64,000 bases of DNA from Camelus ferus (Eukaryota), in contig NC_045698.1 in NCBI RefSeq assembly GCF_009834535.1, positions 9,240,001 to 9,304,000 of the forward strand, written 5' to 3'. The notes beneath the pieces were generated by a model that saw only the letters and a program-made list of their open reading frames with translations, was not told where the DNA came from and did no database searches. Shown here piece after piece: positions 13,106 through 26,830 of this stretch (position 1 is its first letter; every line of letters starts with the position of its first letter). The translations under genes and the position numbers were made by a program.

Positions 13106-14029
13106 CAGATGTTACTAAAACATATATCATTTTAAGTAGGATAGAATTGCATTTCTTCAAAAGTCATGGAATCTTTAGTCAGTAATACATGTGTTTATCT
13201 GGGGAAAACAATAAAAACCTGGTAAGGAAATACATATTGGGTTAGTAAAAAGCTTGTTCTGAAGTAATTAAAAAGATTCCTAAAAACAATACAAAATGGT
13301 ATAAACAGATTCCAGCTCATGTCTCAAACTCCTATTATAAGACACTGAAACCTACTTCCAAATTTTTCCTGTTTGTAAGTACTATGAATTATCTATTAAC
13401 CAAAATTATATTGAAACAGATGCCAGCTACTTAGCAACTGAATAGAACAAAGTATGTCTAGTTTATCTGGAAATTTAAAGATGAAAATACTTTATGTTTA
13501 AACTATTCTATGTATCAGATCATTAAATCATTCTAACAGCTCTTATTTGCTCTAGTTGGTCAGAAGTTGTTCAATTATTTATGGCAGCAAATGTTGCACA
13601 ATGAAATTCCAATCCTGGCTCTGAAGCAATTTTGGGATGTAAATTTTAACATTATTTATTAAGAGTATAACAATATACTCCTATCCTATACTATACTCTT
13701 ATAATATAATAATATTTAATATGTAGTGTTTCATATGATTATGTATAATACTAACATTATTTTGAAATTATTCCCTGTAATAATGTTAACAAATTTTTAA
13801 TTTGTTTAAGATTCATGGTGACTTATTTAGGCAGCCATCTAATGTAAGGACAGCAGCATTAAAAGGTCAATGTGTTTAGTGCACTAAATTATAAAGTCAA
13901 CACAAAAATATCATCATATATATCACTATGTGTTTTCTGGATGCTTAATGTACTTGACCATGATGAATGATGTACCTTTATTGAATTCAGATACTTTAAC
14001 CTATTTAAATAATAGTTAAAACCTCTATT

Positions 14030-14160
14030 TTGGGGACAGATGGTTATTAAACTTACCATGGTAATCATTTCATAATGTATGCAAATGTCAGATCATTATG
14101 TAGTATACCTGAAACTGACAAAATGTTGTAAGTCAGTTGCATTTCAAGTTAAAATAAAAC
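14030..14160 (+). mobile_element. L1 3' terminal fragment (laurasiatherian/artiodactyl type)
   Basis: 'atcatttcataatgtatgcaaatgtc...atacctgaaactgac' followed by an A-rich tail. Confidence 0.75.
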
Positions 14161-14575
14161 ACTGTCACTAAAATAAAAGAGAGTCACGAAAATCAGCTTT
14201 TGTACCAATTAAGTATTTTGACACTCTTGGAACATTGCTACTTACGAAAGTTTGGTTTAAGTTTCAGACTGTAGGTCAAAGGAAAAATCCCATCTCAATC
14301 CCAGAATCAAGAACTTTGCCAGCCATGATCGATACCCCAAGCTCAAATTTGGGTCTTTGCTCTACTGCAGTTTGTTGACTTTAGTTTGATTTAAAAGCCT
14401 TTAAATCACACCTTTTTCACTTTAGAATGTAAAATGAACCGCCCGTGGAGCTGACCAGCCTGTTAGTGGGTGCTCTTTCCAATCTATTGTTGGTACCTTC
14501 AAAAGATCATCGCCTCTCATCCTCTCATGTAGATCATAACCATAATCATCAAGGGATTTAACCTTGCAAGGTGCT

Positions 14576-15120
14576 TGCGGCAGACAGCATTCTAAGATGA
14601 ACTAAGTCTCTGTCCCTTTTTATACACCCCCTATACAGAATCCCCACCCTTTGAGTGTGAGCATGACACATAAATATGATGCACTACGACTTCTGTGATT
14701 AAGTTGCTAAATAGTTGACTTGAATTGTATCTAAAGAGACATTATTTGGGGTGGGCCTTGTGTAATCAGGAGAGGTCTTTAAAAGAGAGTGAGGAGTAAG
14801 AAACTGACCTGCTGTCCTATAAGGAAGAAGAAACAAACAGCCACGCTTTGGACTGCCTAGGAAAAGGGCATCTTCTAAGAGGTAAAAGTCTCAGTCCTAA
14901 TACCATAGAACTGAATTCTGCCACAACAGAATGTGCTTGGAAGAGGACCCTAAGCTCCAGATGGGAATCCCAGCCCAGCTACCGTCTTGACTAAAACCTT
15001 GTGTGATCTCGAGGAGAACACACAACTGGGCCCAGCCAAACCTGAAAGATAATGAAGGATAGCTGTTTTAAGCTCTCAAGTTTGTGGTAATTTGTTACAT
15101 AGCAATTGAACATGAATACA
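14576..15120 (+). mobile_element. Full-length MaLR solo LTR (MLT1E/F-like)
   Basis: TG...CA termini; 'gaactgaattctgcc', 'tgttttaagct...gtttgtggtaatttgttacatagcaat'; 5-bp TSD gtgct (14571-14575) / gtgtt (15121-15125). Confidence 0.9.
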
Positions 15121-15557
15121 GTGTTTGGATAGACTTTAAAGAAGTATAAGATTAAAGTCATATCACTTTACTTTAAAAGGAAAGAAAACTTAGCCTGTGA
15201 TTAATTCCTTTCTGAGAAACTCAGCATGATCTCTATAACCTTGCTGGTTTTCAGGGAGTAATTATATTCAATAGCCTAAGAGACGTTCTAGAAATATTAG
15301 TGAGCAAGGTCACTGCTAGCCCAGGTGGCATCTTTGGTCCAAATGGGAAAAGGTGCTGTTGCCTCAAGTTATTCTACTTCAGTCTTTGGGGAAAATGTTA
15401 AAACAAATAACCAATTTTCAATGTTTGGGATCTGAATAACTTCCTCTATGGTTATGAACTCTCCAAACTGCACCACTTTATGCAAGTTTAGTGAATGTTG
15501 GCATAAATAACAAGATAGACCACTTCTGCCTCCTACAACAATCGGTTATAAATAGTA

Positions 15558-15559
<2 letters not shown>

Positions 15560-15610
<51 letters not shown>
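15560..15610. repeat. (ATT)17 microsatellite
   Basis: Uninterrupted trinucleotide run. Confidence 0.97.
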
Positions 15611-15612
<2 letters not shown>

Positions 15613-15678
15613 ATCTTTGAAATAGTTCACTTAGAACTGAAGCCTACTTTGAACTATTTTTAAAATATATCTGCTGCC

Positions 15679-16053
15679 TGTAGTGGGTGCTGTTTGTGCC
15701 CCATCAGACTCAACCCCCAGCTGCCAGGAGTGCTGGCTGAAAAGAGCTCACAGTTGCCTCTTCTCTGGGGAATTGCCTACGAGACGAGACAGGAGGCTTC
15801 ACGGAGGAGATCTACATCTTCCCTCCAGCATCCCATAGCCGGGACTGACTGATGTGGGGAGCAAAGATTCTTTCGCTGGCCTTGAGATGGGACCAGTTCT
15901 GTATGAGCGAGATGCTCCAGCATTCTGTCCAGGGTCAGGGTGACGTTGGTCTCTAGCCAAGACCATATTCTGGCTTATTTGTTCCCTGATCTATCCTGTG
16001 TCTTACTTCCTTCATTCCTCAATAAACCACTTGCACAAGGACCCCCATATCAT
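15679..16053 (+). mobile_element. ERVL LTR (LTR16-like)
   Basis: Starts 'tgtagtgggtgctgtt'; contains 'gctcacagttgcc' and ends near 'cctcaataaaccacttgcacaag'. Confidence 0.75.
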
Positions 16054-19000
16054 GTATTAATATATATTATGTTTTTTTACTACACAAGCCCCCTTAAGTA
16101 TATAGAAATCCGATGTGGACTCAGTATGAAGCTAATAAATCCTAAAGACCAGGTCCTTTCTCACACTACTCATTTCAAAGCCCTGAAAGTGTCTTAGAAA
16201 CATTCACACACCACACAATTTGTACAGTTTGCAAAGGAAAAATATTTGGTATTCTTTTCTTAAAAGAGGGTTTCCAAAACTAGATTCAGACCCCCAAAAC
16301 CTGCTTCCCCTTTGGAAGAAATTCATGTTTTATTCTTCTAATTGTGAATATTATTCCAGACTATCTTTTAGAATTACATTAATACAAGCTATAATGTCAC
16401 AGATTTAAAGAAAAAAGAAAAATCACAAGCTAAGGAGAAAGATAACTCTTACAGTCACTTTTTCCCGGACGACTGAAACCTGAATCACATAGTTCCAATT
16501 CATAAACATTTAAATAGCTTTTGCAGTAAGGAGAGAAGTATGAATTGTCTCATTCTGGTGTTTCTATATGCTTCAGCATAGAGGAGGGTATGTTGCCAAC
16601 AAAAGTCCACGTTGTCAGGGATAACAAAGGTGCCTGGCTGTCAGCAAGCCATTTTTAAGGCCATCATGAAATTCCCATTGCCAGTATTTAATGACTATCT
16701 CAACAGGAAAGGTTAGAATCCAACGTTAAATAAAGAACCATATGTTCTGCACTCACTTGAAACTGAACTAGCTGCCTTAAATGTTAATTTCAGAAATGAA
16801 TGGCTTGCAAATGTGCCGAATACTAAATCTCCTACGTGGTTTTGTACAGTTTGTTTGTTAAAAAATGGACATTCTTTAAATCACATGTAGAATTTTGAAA
16901 ATAAGAAAGATGAATAAGGAAATATATGTCAATGTACTCAGATTTTCTTTGTAAAAAACAGAAAAGTATATCACCAAAATACTTTAATGTGCACACATGC
17001 ACACACACACACACAAATCCTTCAACCAGCTTATTATTTTAGGTATTATTCAGACTTAGTGGAGAAATTATATGTTTCCCTAATAACTGTGATGCATTTT
17101 ACCTATTCTATTTTCTTGATTCCATTTTTGATCAGGTGTTAAATAATAGGAGAAATTGTCCTCCTAAGATTTATCGTAAGAAATAATACAATACTAATTT
17201 ATTTTAAAATGAACTAGCTTTAGAGGTAATAGATATAAAGGAAATTTGTTTTACCATGCTCTAGCATTTTAAATAATAGTGTCTCCCATGTTAATAGATT
17301 TTATAAAGGAAAAAACAAGCTTTCATCTAATGAGTTTTAGAACTGCTGGGATGTAAAAGTTAACGTATTTATGACATGATACTGTAATGACTCAATCTTG
17401 ATTATATTACAGAAAAATGTACAGTATGTCAAGTTACCTCATCTTGGGACCATCTGTTAAGCCTAGCCCTGTGCAATATTTTTCTACTTTTATATGTTAT
17501 TCATATGGAGTTATAGCAAGTCTTGGATTACGATATCAGGGTGTTGAAAATGCTGACTTTCTGGGTATCACGTTATAAATACGATATTTCTATAGCACAT
17601 CTCCCTTTTATCTCTAGCTTTTTATCCTAAAAACCTACCCTAAACTTTCAGAAATAACTGCTCATATCCTCACTACTTGCTTCTTTTTTTGCCAGGCACA
17701 ATCCTCATTACTGGGTAAATTACAGACTTTGTGCAGCATTAGCGCTCATAGTTAACATCTTTGCCTTTGTTTTCATTCTTTGCTGTTGAATTCTCTTTAT
17801 TCATATTGTTACTAAATTGCCCCTGTTAATTTTGAAAGAATGCCATGAAATGATTGGCAGGCGGCCTTCGTCTATCAAGGTGGAAATGAACACACGTGAA
17901 GCGTCACATTACTCAGTATATACCATGAGCAAAGGCACACCAGACACTGGGTAGTAGGGAACGTGGAGGGAAACATAGAATTCTGCACATATAGTAGAAC
18001 AACACCAGGTTATAAACTTGTAGAAGTACCAAATCATTTTCTAGATAAAAAATGAAGGACATTCAATGACATGTTCAACAAATTAAAACTAATATTATGG
18101 AATGTCAGGTTTTAAGACCTAAAGTAATTCTGGCTGCTTCAGGTTGCATTTATTCAATATATTGCCATTCTTGCTAATTTATAAGAAGTGAATTGAATTA
18201 TAATTAGTACTTGTATAAAATGATCATTTCAACATGGACACCATTAACAGCAAATGTGTTTGGGCCATGTACAGCGGATAGAGAGTTTTTACAGTACTAC
18301 GTGTGAGTGTCCATGCACATGTGATTCCATCATTGAGTATATCCTTGTCAGGACCTTTAAATGTGCATAAAACATAAATAACCACACAATCGTACAATAT
18401 GATACTGCTCCTCGGCCATTGTGCAAATCAGTATCTTCTTAGTACCATGTCGTTAGCATTTAATTATTCATCAAAGAAAATAATATTTTTATATTATAGT
18501 AGTAAAAGCCATGAGCTCATCATTTCAAAGGTAGAAAAGATATAAATATTAATCTTCTCTCTTTTCCGTATCATTATATGCCTAACTGCATCATAATAGA
18601 TACCATACTGGGTTTACCTGGATTTGGTGAACAAAAGACAAAACAGAATTATTGCAAGAAGTATGTAAATCAGGACTTCTGTGAGAGGAGGTGAATGACA
18701 ATCAGGAAGGCTAGAGCCAGAGGACTGGAGAATGCTTGATTATTATTTCTGATCTGTCCCATCTAACAAATCCTTTATTACTGCTAGCACTTCTTTTCAT
18801 TTATTCAAGGGTCTTTAGAAGCCTGACTCATTTTGTACCCTGGAACGTTGCCATAGCACTGTTTTAATTTTTTGGAATAGCTTCATCTCTATAATGCCAA
18901 TAGGGATTTTAAATCAAATAACGCCAGCCCCTTCCAGATTGCATCTCTTTAGGAGATATGAAGGAAAGTTGATGTAAGGGAAGAACTGAGTTTGGATGTC

Positions 19001-19224
19001 ATTGCTGTTGTGAGTGTGTGTGGCTTATTCTACAAAGAAAAGAGCTAAATCATATTCTCCAAAAAAGTTTACAAGCATCAAATTGAAATATGTTTTTAAA
19101 ACATGTACGTGTCAAATTTCTGTGTGTATTTTTCACTTGACTCTATACTTTGGACAAAGAATAGAGTATCATTTATTGTTTACAATTTTACTGATGATAC
19201 AAATAAAGGTCAAAAGAAAGTTAA

Positions 19225-19590
19225 GGTCTTCTGGTTTCAACTGTGGCTTTAGGTAAAGAGTGTAGATATCATCATCCCTGTTCTTATAACAAGAGAGGCT
19301 GGACCAGTTAAAAACCAAAGACTTTTCTGGGACCAACCAAAGACCTGAGGTTATAGGGCAAATGACCCACAGAAATCTGGAGAGAAGAGCACTGAGAGAA
19401 TCACAGCAGAGAACAGCTAGTTTGAAACAGAAACAGGTGGAACCATAAACTGGCAGGAACAATTAAAGCACAATCTAGATGAATTTCTGGAGGTGGAGTG
19501 TGGAATAGAAGGAGACTGACAAATGCCTGGGGGCTTCCATCTTTAAAATTCTCAACACTTTCATCAGTTTTCCCTCTAGGAACCCCAAAC
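19225..19590 (+). mobile_element. Ancient L1 (L1M) 5' UTR fragment
   Basis: 'ttctggttt...catccctgttcttataacaaga...gaggttatagggcaaa...gaaatctggagag' resembles L1MC/L1M4 5' ends. Confidence 0.55.
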
Positions 19591-19594
19591 AAAA

Positions 19595-19872
19595 AGCCTG
19601 ACTCTCCCCTGAATAAAATTTCCTGCCTTCGGACTCAAATTGAAACCTTGGCTCTTCTTGGGTCTGGAGCCTGATAGCTTTTGGACTGGAGCTGCTGCAT
19701 CCAACCTTCTGATTCTCTGGCCTTCAGACACCCCCTGGAACTACACCACGAACCCTCCTGGGTCTCCAGCTAGCTGAGTGCAAGCCTTAGTACTATTCAT
19801 TCTCCGTAATCGTGTGAGCCAATTTCTCATAATAGATCTCTTTCTATTGTAAGTGATATTTGTTCTGTTTCA
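19595..19872 (+). mobile_element. ERVL LTR 3' half (MLT2-like)
   Basis: 'ttggactggagct...ggaactacacca...ctcctgggtctccagct...ctccgtaatcgtgtgagccaattt...gttctgtttc'. Confidence 0.8.
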
Positions 19873-20664
19873 CTACTGTTCTATCTTATATTAATAGTTC
19901 AAGGTATATTTTTAATTTCAATTCATAATCTCTCAAACCAGTATATCATCTGTGGATTTTAAAATCCATTTAACAGTATCTGTGGTGTTCCTCATAAATT
20001 TATTTTTAATGCACCATCAAAGAATTATTCTAAGAAGTATTCATACATTTCAAAGCTGATAATTTATCTGAAGGCTCCACTCCATAGTAATGAGTTATTT
20101 ATTGATCTTTGTATTGAACACTCATTATATTTAATTAATCATAGCCACCTATTAACAAACTGTATTTTTCTCTTTTGATGGTTATATTATGGATTATAGA
20201 CAAAAAAGCTTTTAATGATCTTTAGACATTCTATCATTAAATAATTCTATTATTCCCTAGTTTGGAAATATATTTGAAAACTTTAACTTTATTATTCAGA
20301 AGTAACCAATGTCAAGTTTATGGTATTTTATTAATATTCTTTTATAGAATAAATATTACCTGCTATTTGTCATCATCTTTTTCTGATTCTAAATAATTCC
20401 TCAATAACAGCAAAACCACCATCACAACCCACTGATGATGATATTTCAGCTCAGCATACACACATAAATGCTTTTATTTATATATTTATGCACAGTGTGT
20501 CTATATATTAACATTCACATATACGTGTGTAAGAATTGTGTGCATATGTAAGTATGTACACGTATGCACGTGTGCATACATATCGTTTTCTGAAATATGT
20601 AAACATATGAATACATTAGAGTTTTTTATATTTATAAATATATCATATTTTTATACTGGATCAC

Positions 20665-20858
20665 CTGGTCTACCCTCTAAGAGGCAGTTGACAATAACTG
20701 GAGATATTTTTTATTGTCAAGACTGAGAGGATACATCTAGCATCTGGTGGGGAGAGACCAGAAATGTTGCTGAATATCCAGTAAGGCACAGAAAGTCCTC
20801 CCACCACAAAGAATCATGAAAACTCAAGTGTCAGTGATGGCCAGGTGGAGGAACCCTG
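20665..20858. mobile_element. MER20 (hAT-Charlie MITE)
   Basis: 'ctggagatatttttt...gtca...gcatctggtggggagagacc...tgctgaatatcc...cacaaagaat...gaaccctg'. Confidence 0.8.
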
Positions 20859-21269
20859 CTCCAGGATGCCCGTGTGCATCCCCCGAATCCTGGTGAAGCC
20901 ATGTTGTGAATAGAGTCCCTTATACATGAAAAGACAACGAAAGGCAGAGAATAGTCAAAAAGTGCTGTTCACATTTTTATTGGAAATCACTGGTTTCCTC
21001 AAGTTAAGCCCCGCTTCTTGAATCTACTTTCTTTTTTACATGTATATATATTTTATGAGACTGTCATCCTTTGTTTTCCTTACGATTCTTTTTAGGAGTG
21101 AAATCCAATTTCTTACATGCCCTCAGGCATGCATATATCACTCTGTGCTGCACTAGCCCAGTTCTTCTGTAAAAATTCTAGAATTTCAAATTACTGCCTG
21201 GAATTATGGTGGCATATTGAATTGCCTGTTGTCTTTCCCTGTGCCCTCTCTGCATTGGAATTAAATATG

Positions 21270-21780
21270 CACTGTTTTTCCATGTGGCTTTACAGTTCTT
21301 CCCACTTAGAGATGGATTGTGTAGTTCTGTTCCATTGATAAGGGCATTGTCAATGTGGCCTATTTGGTCAACAGACTGTGGGAAGCAGTGACACTGTGAC
21401 CGTACCCAGACAAGCCCTCAAGAGGGCTTGTTGTGCTCGCGTCATTCTCTGCTAGAACACAATGCTATAATTAATTGGTGGCCCAAGGGGGTGAGACTAC
21501 GTGGAGCAGACCTGAACTTAGGGCCCAGAATCAGGAGCTCAGAGCCTGAATTCTAGCTTAGCCAAGCCAAGGAATCCACAGCCCATGACTGAAGATTAAA
21601 TGCATATTGTTTTTACAGCATTGAAATGGTTTGTTCTACATTAGGCATGGTTGAAAAATAGAAAACTATTAGAAGTAGAGAGTTTATCTCTTAGGAAAAC
21701 AAAATATGCAGTATTAGCTTTGGAAACATGTGATATGTTTTTAAGAAAACTCATAGAGGAGAGTGTAAAATAGTAGCTTG
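21270..21780 (+). mobile_element. MaLR LTR (MLT1I/J-like) plus start of internal sequence
   Basis: 'tgtggctttacagttcttcccact', 'gtggagcagacctgaac', 'taaatgcatattgtt', followed by an MLT1-int-like A-rich segment. Confidence 0.65.
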
Positions 21781-21854
21781 TGTTAATCAGCAGCAAACCA
21801 GTCAGGAAACTTCAGGAAACTTCGAAGACAAAAATACTGTACTTAGTAATTATT

Positions 21855-22143
21855 CCAACAAGCAAACCACATCTTGCTGTTGGAACCCGGGACATCTTAT
21901 CTTCTTGTTACTACAAAGCCTGCTTCCCACAACCCTCCTGTTTACTGTAAACTTGATTGAAACACCACGTGGACCTGCGTGGTGAGCAGTGTCCAGCCAC
22001 CCTGGGCTGTGCGTATATGTGATAATTAACTGCTGCCGCTCTCATCTGCCCGGTGCTGAGTGGCAAGCGTCAGGGCATCTCATACTACTTAGGCTGAAGT
22101 ATCCCTCCCTCATCAATGGGATGAACAGGAGGCAATCAGAGCA
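21855..22143 (+). mobile_element. ERVL LTR 3' part (MER54/MER74-like)
   Basis: 'ttactacaaagcctgcttcccac...gggctgtgcgtatatgtga...ctcatctg...atccctccctcatcaatgggatgaacaggagg'. Confidence 0.65.
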
Positions 22144-24384
22144 ATGACCTGACACATATGGCAGAAGCTGGGAAAGATGATTTGTTGGATACTTGCGCCA
22201 ACAACTGGCAGCTCCCTTCTGCTCCTGGAATCATGTTTTCTGGGAGTTACAGCTGAAGATTTCCTTTCTCACACACTTTTTTTTTTTTTTTTTCTCCTTC
22301 AGTCCTACAGCTCTTACTCTCGCTGAGTTAACTACTATACCTTTTCTCTCACTGTCAAGGTGAAAAGCATGCTGAGTGTTACCTGCTAAAATTCAGAATG
22401 CATTGCTGTCTTTCTGGTCTTACTCCCATTCTCCCCAAATTCTTGGCCAAATCCTGCAGAATGATAATTTAATCCCAGTATTACAGGTTTCCTCCTAACA
22501 AATCTCCTAAGCTACCCTTAGAGACATTTATTTCCATGTTTCCTTAAGGCCCAGAAATCAAAACTCAATTCCTAAAGTTGTCCTATAACAAATCAAGTAT
22601 ATACTGACCTAATAGAAAGTCCAACTAGGACCAATCATGTCACATTCTGATGGAATCTTCCCTGTGTGCTATTCCTGACCTACTTTCTCCCTAATTGAAC
22701 ATGTGTGTTGAACCTTGTCTCTATGTAATCTGCAGAAACCCAGCTCAGAGTGCATTTAATGTAATACAAGAGGTAATTTCCCTTCTCAGTGGGTCTCAAT
22801 TTCCAGGTCATGGCAAGGACATTGAGCATCAGCCAAACCACAATCCAACCCTACATTGCTAAATTCTATGGAAATTTCAAACAAGGCATAAGGATTACTG
22901 CCAGTGCCTTGTCCCAGCACATGCATCCCCCGTGTAGCAACACTGACGAATTGGTCAGATATGTAAGTACAAGTACCTGTTTTATGAACTACATCGACCT
23001 AATTCAGCTAGTAGAACAAGTTTCAAATACCCAAGAAGTTCTCAAATTTGCATGACTTGGATGAACATGTTTACACAAATTCAAGAATTACTCCTTTCTT
23101 ATTGGCATATTTAACTGCATTCAGTTGGAATTCATCTGCCCTTCATGCATGGTTCTTCAGCTTTGCGTATGTACGTATTTGTCAATATTTAGCTTCTGCA
23201 TTCACCCTTTCTGTGTTATAGGCAGCTAGTTGTGCACTAATGTCCAGTCTCTCATTATAACATTGTAAAAGAATTCTTAATTTTTAAGTTGGCACGTGGT
23301 CAGCTGAAATACTGCAAACCCAAGACCCTCACATACTCTCTTCCATGAAAAAGCAATTTGAATGCCTTGGTGGTTGGCTACGTACTGCAGCAAAACAACA
23401 GCAAAAAAGTGTGATGTGGCTGTTCCCCAATCAGCAAGGTCATGAGGACAGATAGACATGTGGCCATTGGGTTAATCTCATTATGGCTTAGTTTATTGAA
23501 CTAGAAGGTGGTAACAGAACAATTTTCATTCACAAATTTGTAGTAACTGTTAAATAGCAAATCCTGAGTACTAATCCTGGTACATAGTGTACACTTAGTA
23601 ACAGCTGACTTGCTTTCTATTTTCATCAAAAAATTGCACATTTTGTGTAGGATTATACTACTGGTAAGACTTTGGAACTACAAGATACATAGCTGTGTCA
23701 CCTTGAGTTATGGGTACGAATGGTGTGTAGAAGGGTTCAGAGTTCAGACAAATTTGTCATAGAAGAGTTGAAATAGTAAAATATTTGACCTAAATCCAAA
23801 GATTAAACAAGTATTGTAAATTAAATTTTGGTTATAGACATGACATCACATTAGCATTCAGGGTTGAATGGCTATTTGAGAAATTCTACATGCAAGGCAT
23901 ATGATTACAGGTAAAAAAAAAAAAAATGAAGGAAGGAAAACCCTGAAGCCAACCCTGATACATTGAAACATATCACACACACAGACAAACCGAACACACA
24001 CATATGTGTGCACACGATTTGAAAGCTTGTTTTTAGGTTCCAGCTTGAGACAGAGGAACTTGGACTTCCCTGACTGAAAATATCCCCATCTACTCTAAAG
24101 ATGTGTCATCCACTTTGACAGATGCTAAACGCTGGAGGGCTATTCATGGAGCAGAAGAAAAGAAAGGGACGTGTGGACTGCTGAGCAGAGGAACTAAGTT
24201 AATTGTGATGAACCTTGTTGTAAGAGAGTCTGCCAAAATAAATCATGTGAAAATCAAGGAAATGAGGTCTGAACTGTCTACATGCAAAATCTCTAGTTAA
24301 ATACTGTTGAAAAAACAGATACTAGGGAAAACTGACTTATTTTGCTACGATAGTCAAGTCAGAAAAGTTTTAAGGAAGATGTAA

Positions 24385-24800
24385 AGTGGTGGTTCAAAAT
24401 AGCCACGGACTCTTGCTGTGAATGATCTTCACTGAGAAATTGGTTTGCTTCTTCTGTCTTTGAGCCTATGGCAGCTTTGGCAAATAGAATAAATAAAATC
24501 AGCATCTCTGCGCTTGCACTGAGCCCTCATTTATGAGACACAACTGCACTGCTGCTGGGATTATGTAAGGAAAACTAAGACTACCTGGACAGAAAGAGTG
24601 TTTTAGAAGACCCAGTTTTCCAGCTATCCCCGCCAGGATGCCAGGCATGTGAGTACAGCTGCTGGTGACTTTCCTGCACAAAGTCAAAACCATACAGAGC
24701 TGAAGAATCACCAGCCAAGCCCTCACAAAACCATGAGATATAATAAAATGGTCATATGTTGAGCTAGTAACTTATAAGATAGTTTCATTCAAAGCTACAT
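24385..24800 (+). mobile_element. MaLR LTR (MLT1G/H-like)
   Basis: 'ttcaaaatagccac', 'ccagctatccccgccaggatgccaggcatgtgagt', 'aaccatgagatataataaaatggt'. Confidence 0.75.
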
Positions 24801-25199
24801 ATGATGAAAAGACAAAGCAAAGCATGAAGAAGTCAGGATTCAATACAATTTGGGAGTCAAAATGGCACAGCAACTGATAGGCACATATACTTTTGAGAAT
24901 AAAAGTTTACTTATGGAATAAAAAAGGCAGATTCATAATTTAACTCCCACTTACAACCCCAAATTAGCCTTAGTATAATAGAATACAACATCTGATATTC
25001 CAAGCTAAAGAATTATGTTTTATAGTGAATTAATCATCATGTAGTAGAAATAAATTCGATTCAACAGTTAATCATGCCTCTGCTGTGATCTGGAATGAGA
25101 TGAGAGAGAGGAAGAAGATGTAGACCCTATAAAGGAGCTCATAATCCTATTCTTCTGTTGTAGTGTTTTGCTATTTTCGTTTACTTGGGTGGAATATGT

Positions 25200-25285
25200 G
25201 AGGTGAGTTAGGTGACTGTCCTCAGATCACACAGTAAAGGACGGGCTAAATTCATCTCTCAGCTCCTGACTCAGAGGCCACCGCT
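25200..25285 (-). mobile_element. MIR fragment
   Basis: 'gttaggtgact...cagatcacacagt...tcctgactcagag'. Confidence 0.55.
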
Positions 25286-26254
25286 GTGATCATCTCGCTG
25301 CCTTGGTAAGGATTGTTTTGGGAACTGGTGCCTCCCTGAGTGCAATATGGGTGAGTATAAGTGGCAGAGGCCTTTGTAAGGTGAGATGAGAGGGACTGGA
25401 AAGTTGAAGGAAGGAGAATTCCAATACATATGAGAATGAAACAGCTTGCCAACTCCCAGAATTGCTAATGACGGTGAACACGCTTTACCATTCAGATCAA
25501 GAGTCTGAATGAAACTATCAAATCAGGGGAAAAGGGCTCGAAATGATGACTGGTAGTCAAAAATAAGGCAGATGTTTGTTCCCGTGATCTCTTCTGGTGG
25601 CAATGAAAAATTTCTGTCTTGAGGTATGCTCATATTACCCAGGATAGCCAACTTCTCAGAAATTGTGTGCTTGCCTAATATCTCTTATAGTTAAAAGAAG
25701 CTATTGTGAGGCTCTTCAGTGATCGCTATAATCACACCACAGAATCTAAGATGACCACACAGCATGAACAACACGTTGCCAGCATCACCTGAAAATTCAG
25801 ATTATTCTAAAAGCATTCATTATTTTGGAGATTCCCACATTCATTGTACCATCTCGTTGGTTTATTTTCAGTGATATTCACAATGGAAGAATGATTTTCA
25901 GTAGCAAATATAATGATCAGAGATACTGCTCTACAATTATGTACTCATGTACAACCACACTATTTGAGTACGTATGATAGTGTTCATGATGAAATCTGCT
26001 ATTTTAAAAGTTCCTAAGCTATTACTGCTTTTTTCCATTGGAAGACTATATCAAGTAAGTAAAAATTACAACCTGATGAGAAGGCATACTCATGTGGCCT
26101 ACAGTGTGGAATTAATCGACTCGCCATGTTTTCCCTTCTTTATTTACTAGTTTTTTTTTTTTGGTTGGTTGGTTGTTTTGGTCTTCCCCAATAGTAGCAA
26201 ATATGTTCACTTACTAAGTATGGCAATACTAATGTTACTTATTATACAATTCAT

Positions 26255-26375
26255 TTCACTGATCATCTCTCATCCAATCCTAAATTTAAAATATCATCTA
26301 TATATTAACAACCCCCCAATTTGTATATTCTGTCTGAAATTCTCCTCTGAATTCCAAGCATGTGTATCTACTCAT
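26255..26375 (+). mobile_element. L2 fragment
   Basis: 'tttaaaatatcatctatat...ccaatttgtatatt...ctcctctgaattcca'. Confidence 0.6.
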
Positions 26376-26389
26376 TATTTATAAAGTAA

Positions 26390-26830
26390 ATAGAAGATAT
26401 CTAAGAATTGAGGCTTGGACCCTTTGAAAGTCAAGGCCACGAGGAAGAGAAATGCAAGGAAAGGAGGCCAAAGAGGAACGTCTACAACAAGGGTTGAAAA
26501 CCAGGTGCTAACTTGCATGTCACATAACGAGGTATTTCTGTTGGAGGGAAAATCAACTGTTTCAAATACGCTGGTAGTTAAGCAAGACTGGAAGAGAATT
26601 AACCTTTGGTTTTTAAACTCAGAGGTCATTGGTGCTTGTATAGGAGTAGTTTTGATTCTATGGTGGGGTTGAAGCGTAATTGGATAGAGTTTACAAGTAA
26701 ATATGCAACAAAGAACTGTATACTAAAATTACAGACAATAATTATTAGGAGATTTGGTATAGAAAAGAGTGAGAAAAAAGAGGTGGTAACTAAAAGGGGA
26801 AATTAAAATCAATAGTTTTTTTTTAAACTT
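26390..26830 (-). mobile_element. L2 fragment
   Basis: Purine-rich; 'gaaaaccagg', 'tcaactgtttcaaat', 'agaggtcattggtg', 'tggtggggttgaagc'. Confidence 0.65.

Noticed and set aside
14053..14064. 12-bp palindrome ttaccatggtaa (X-box-like)
   Set aside because: Lies within an L1 3' fragment, with no independent support for function.
25986..26076. Box C/D snoRNA candidate (ATGATGA at 25986, CTGA at 26073)
   Set aside because: No terminal stem and no recognisable rRNA/snRNA antisense element; such motif pairs arise by chance in AT-rich DNA.
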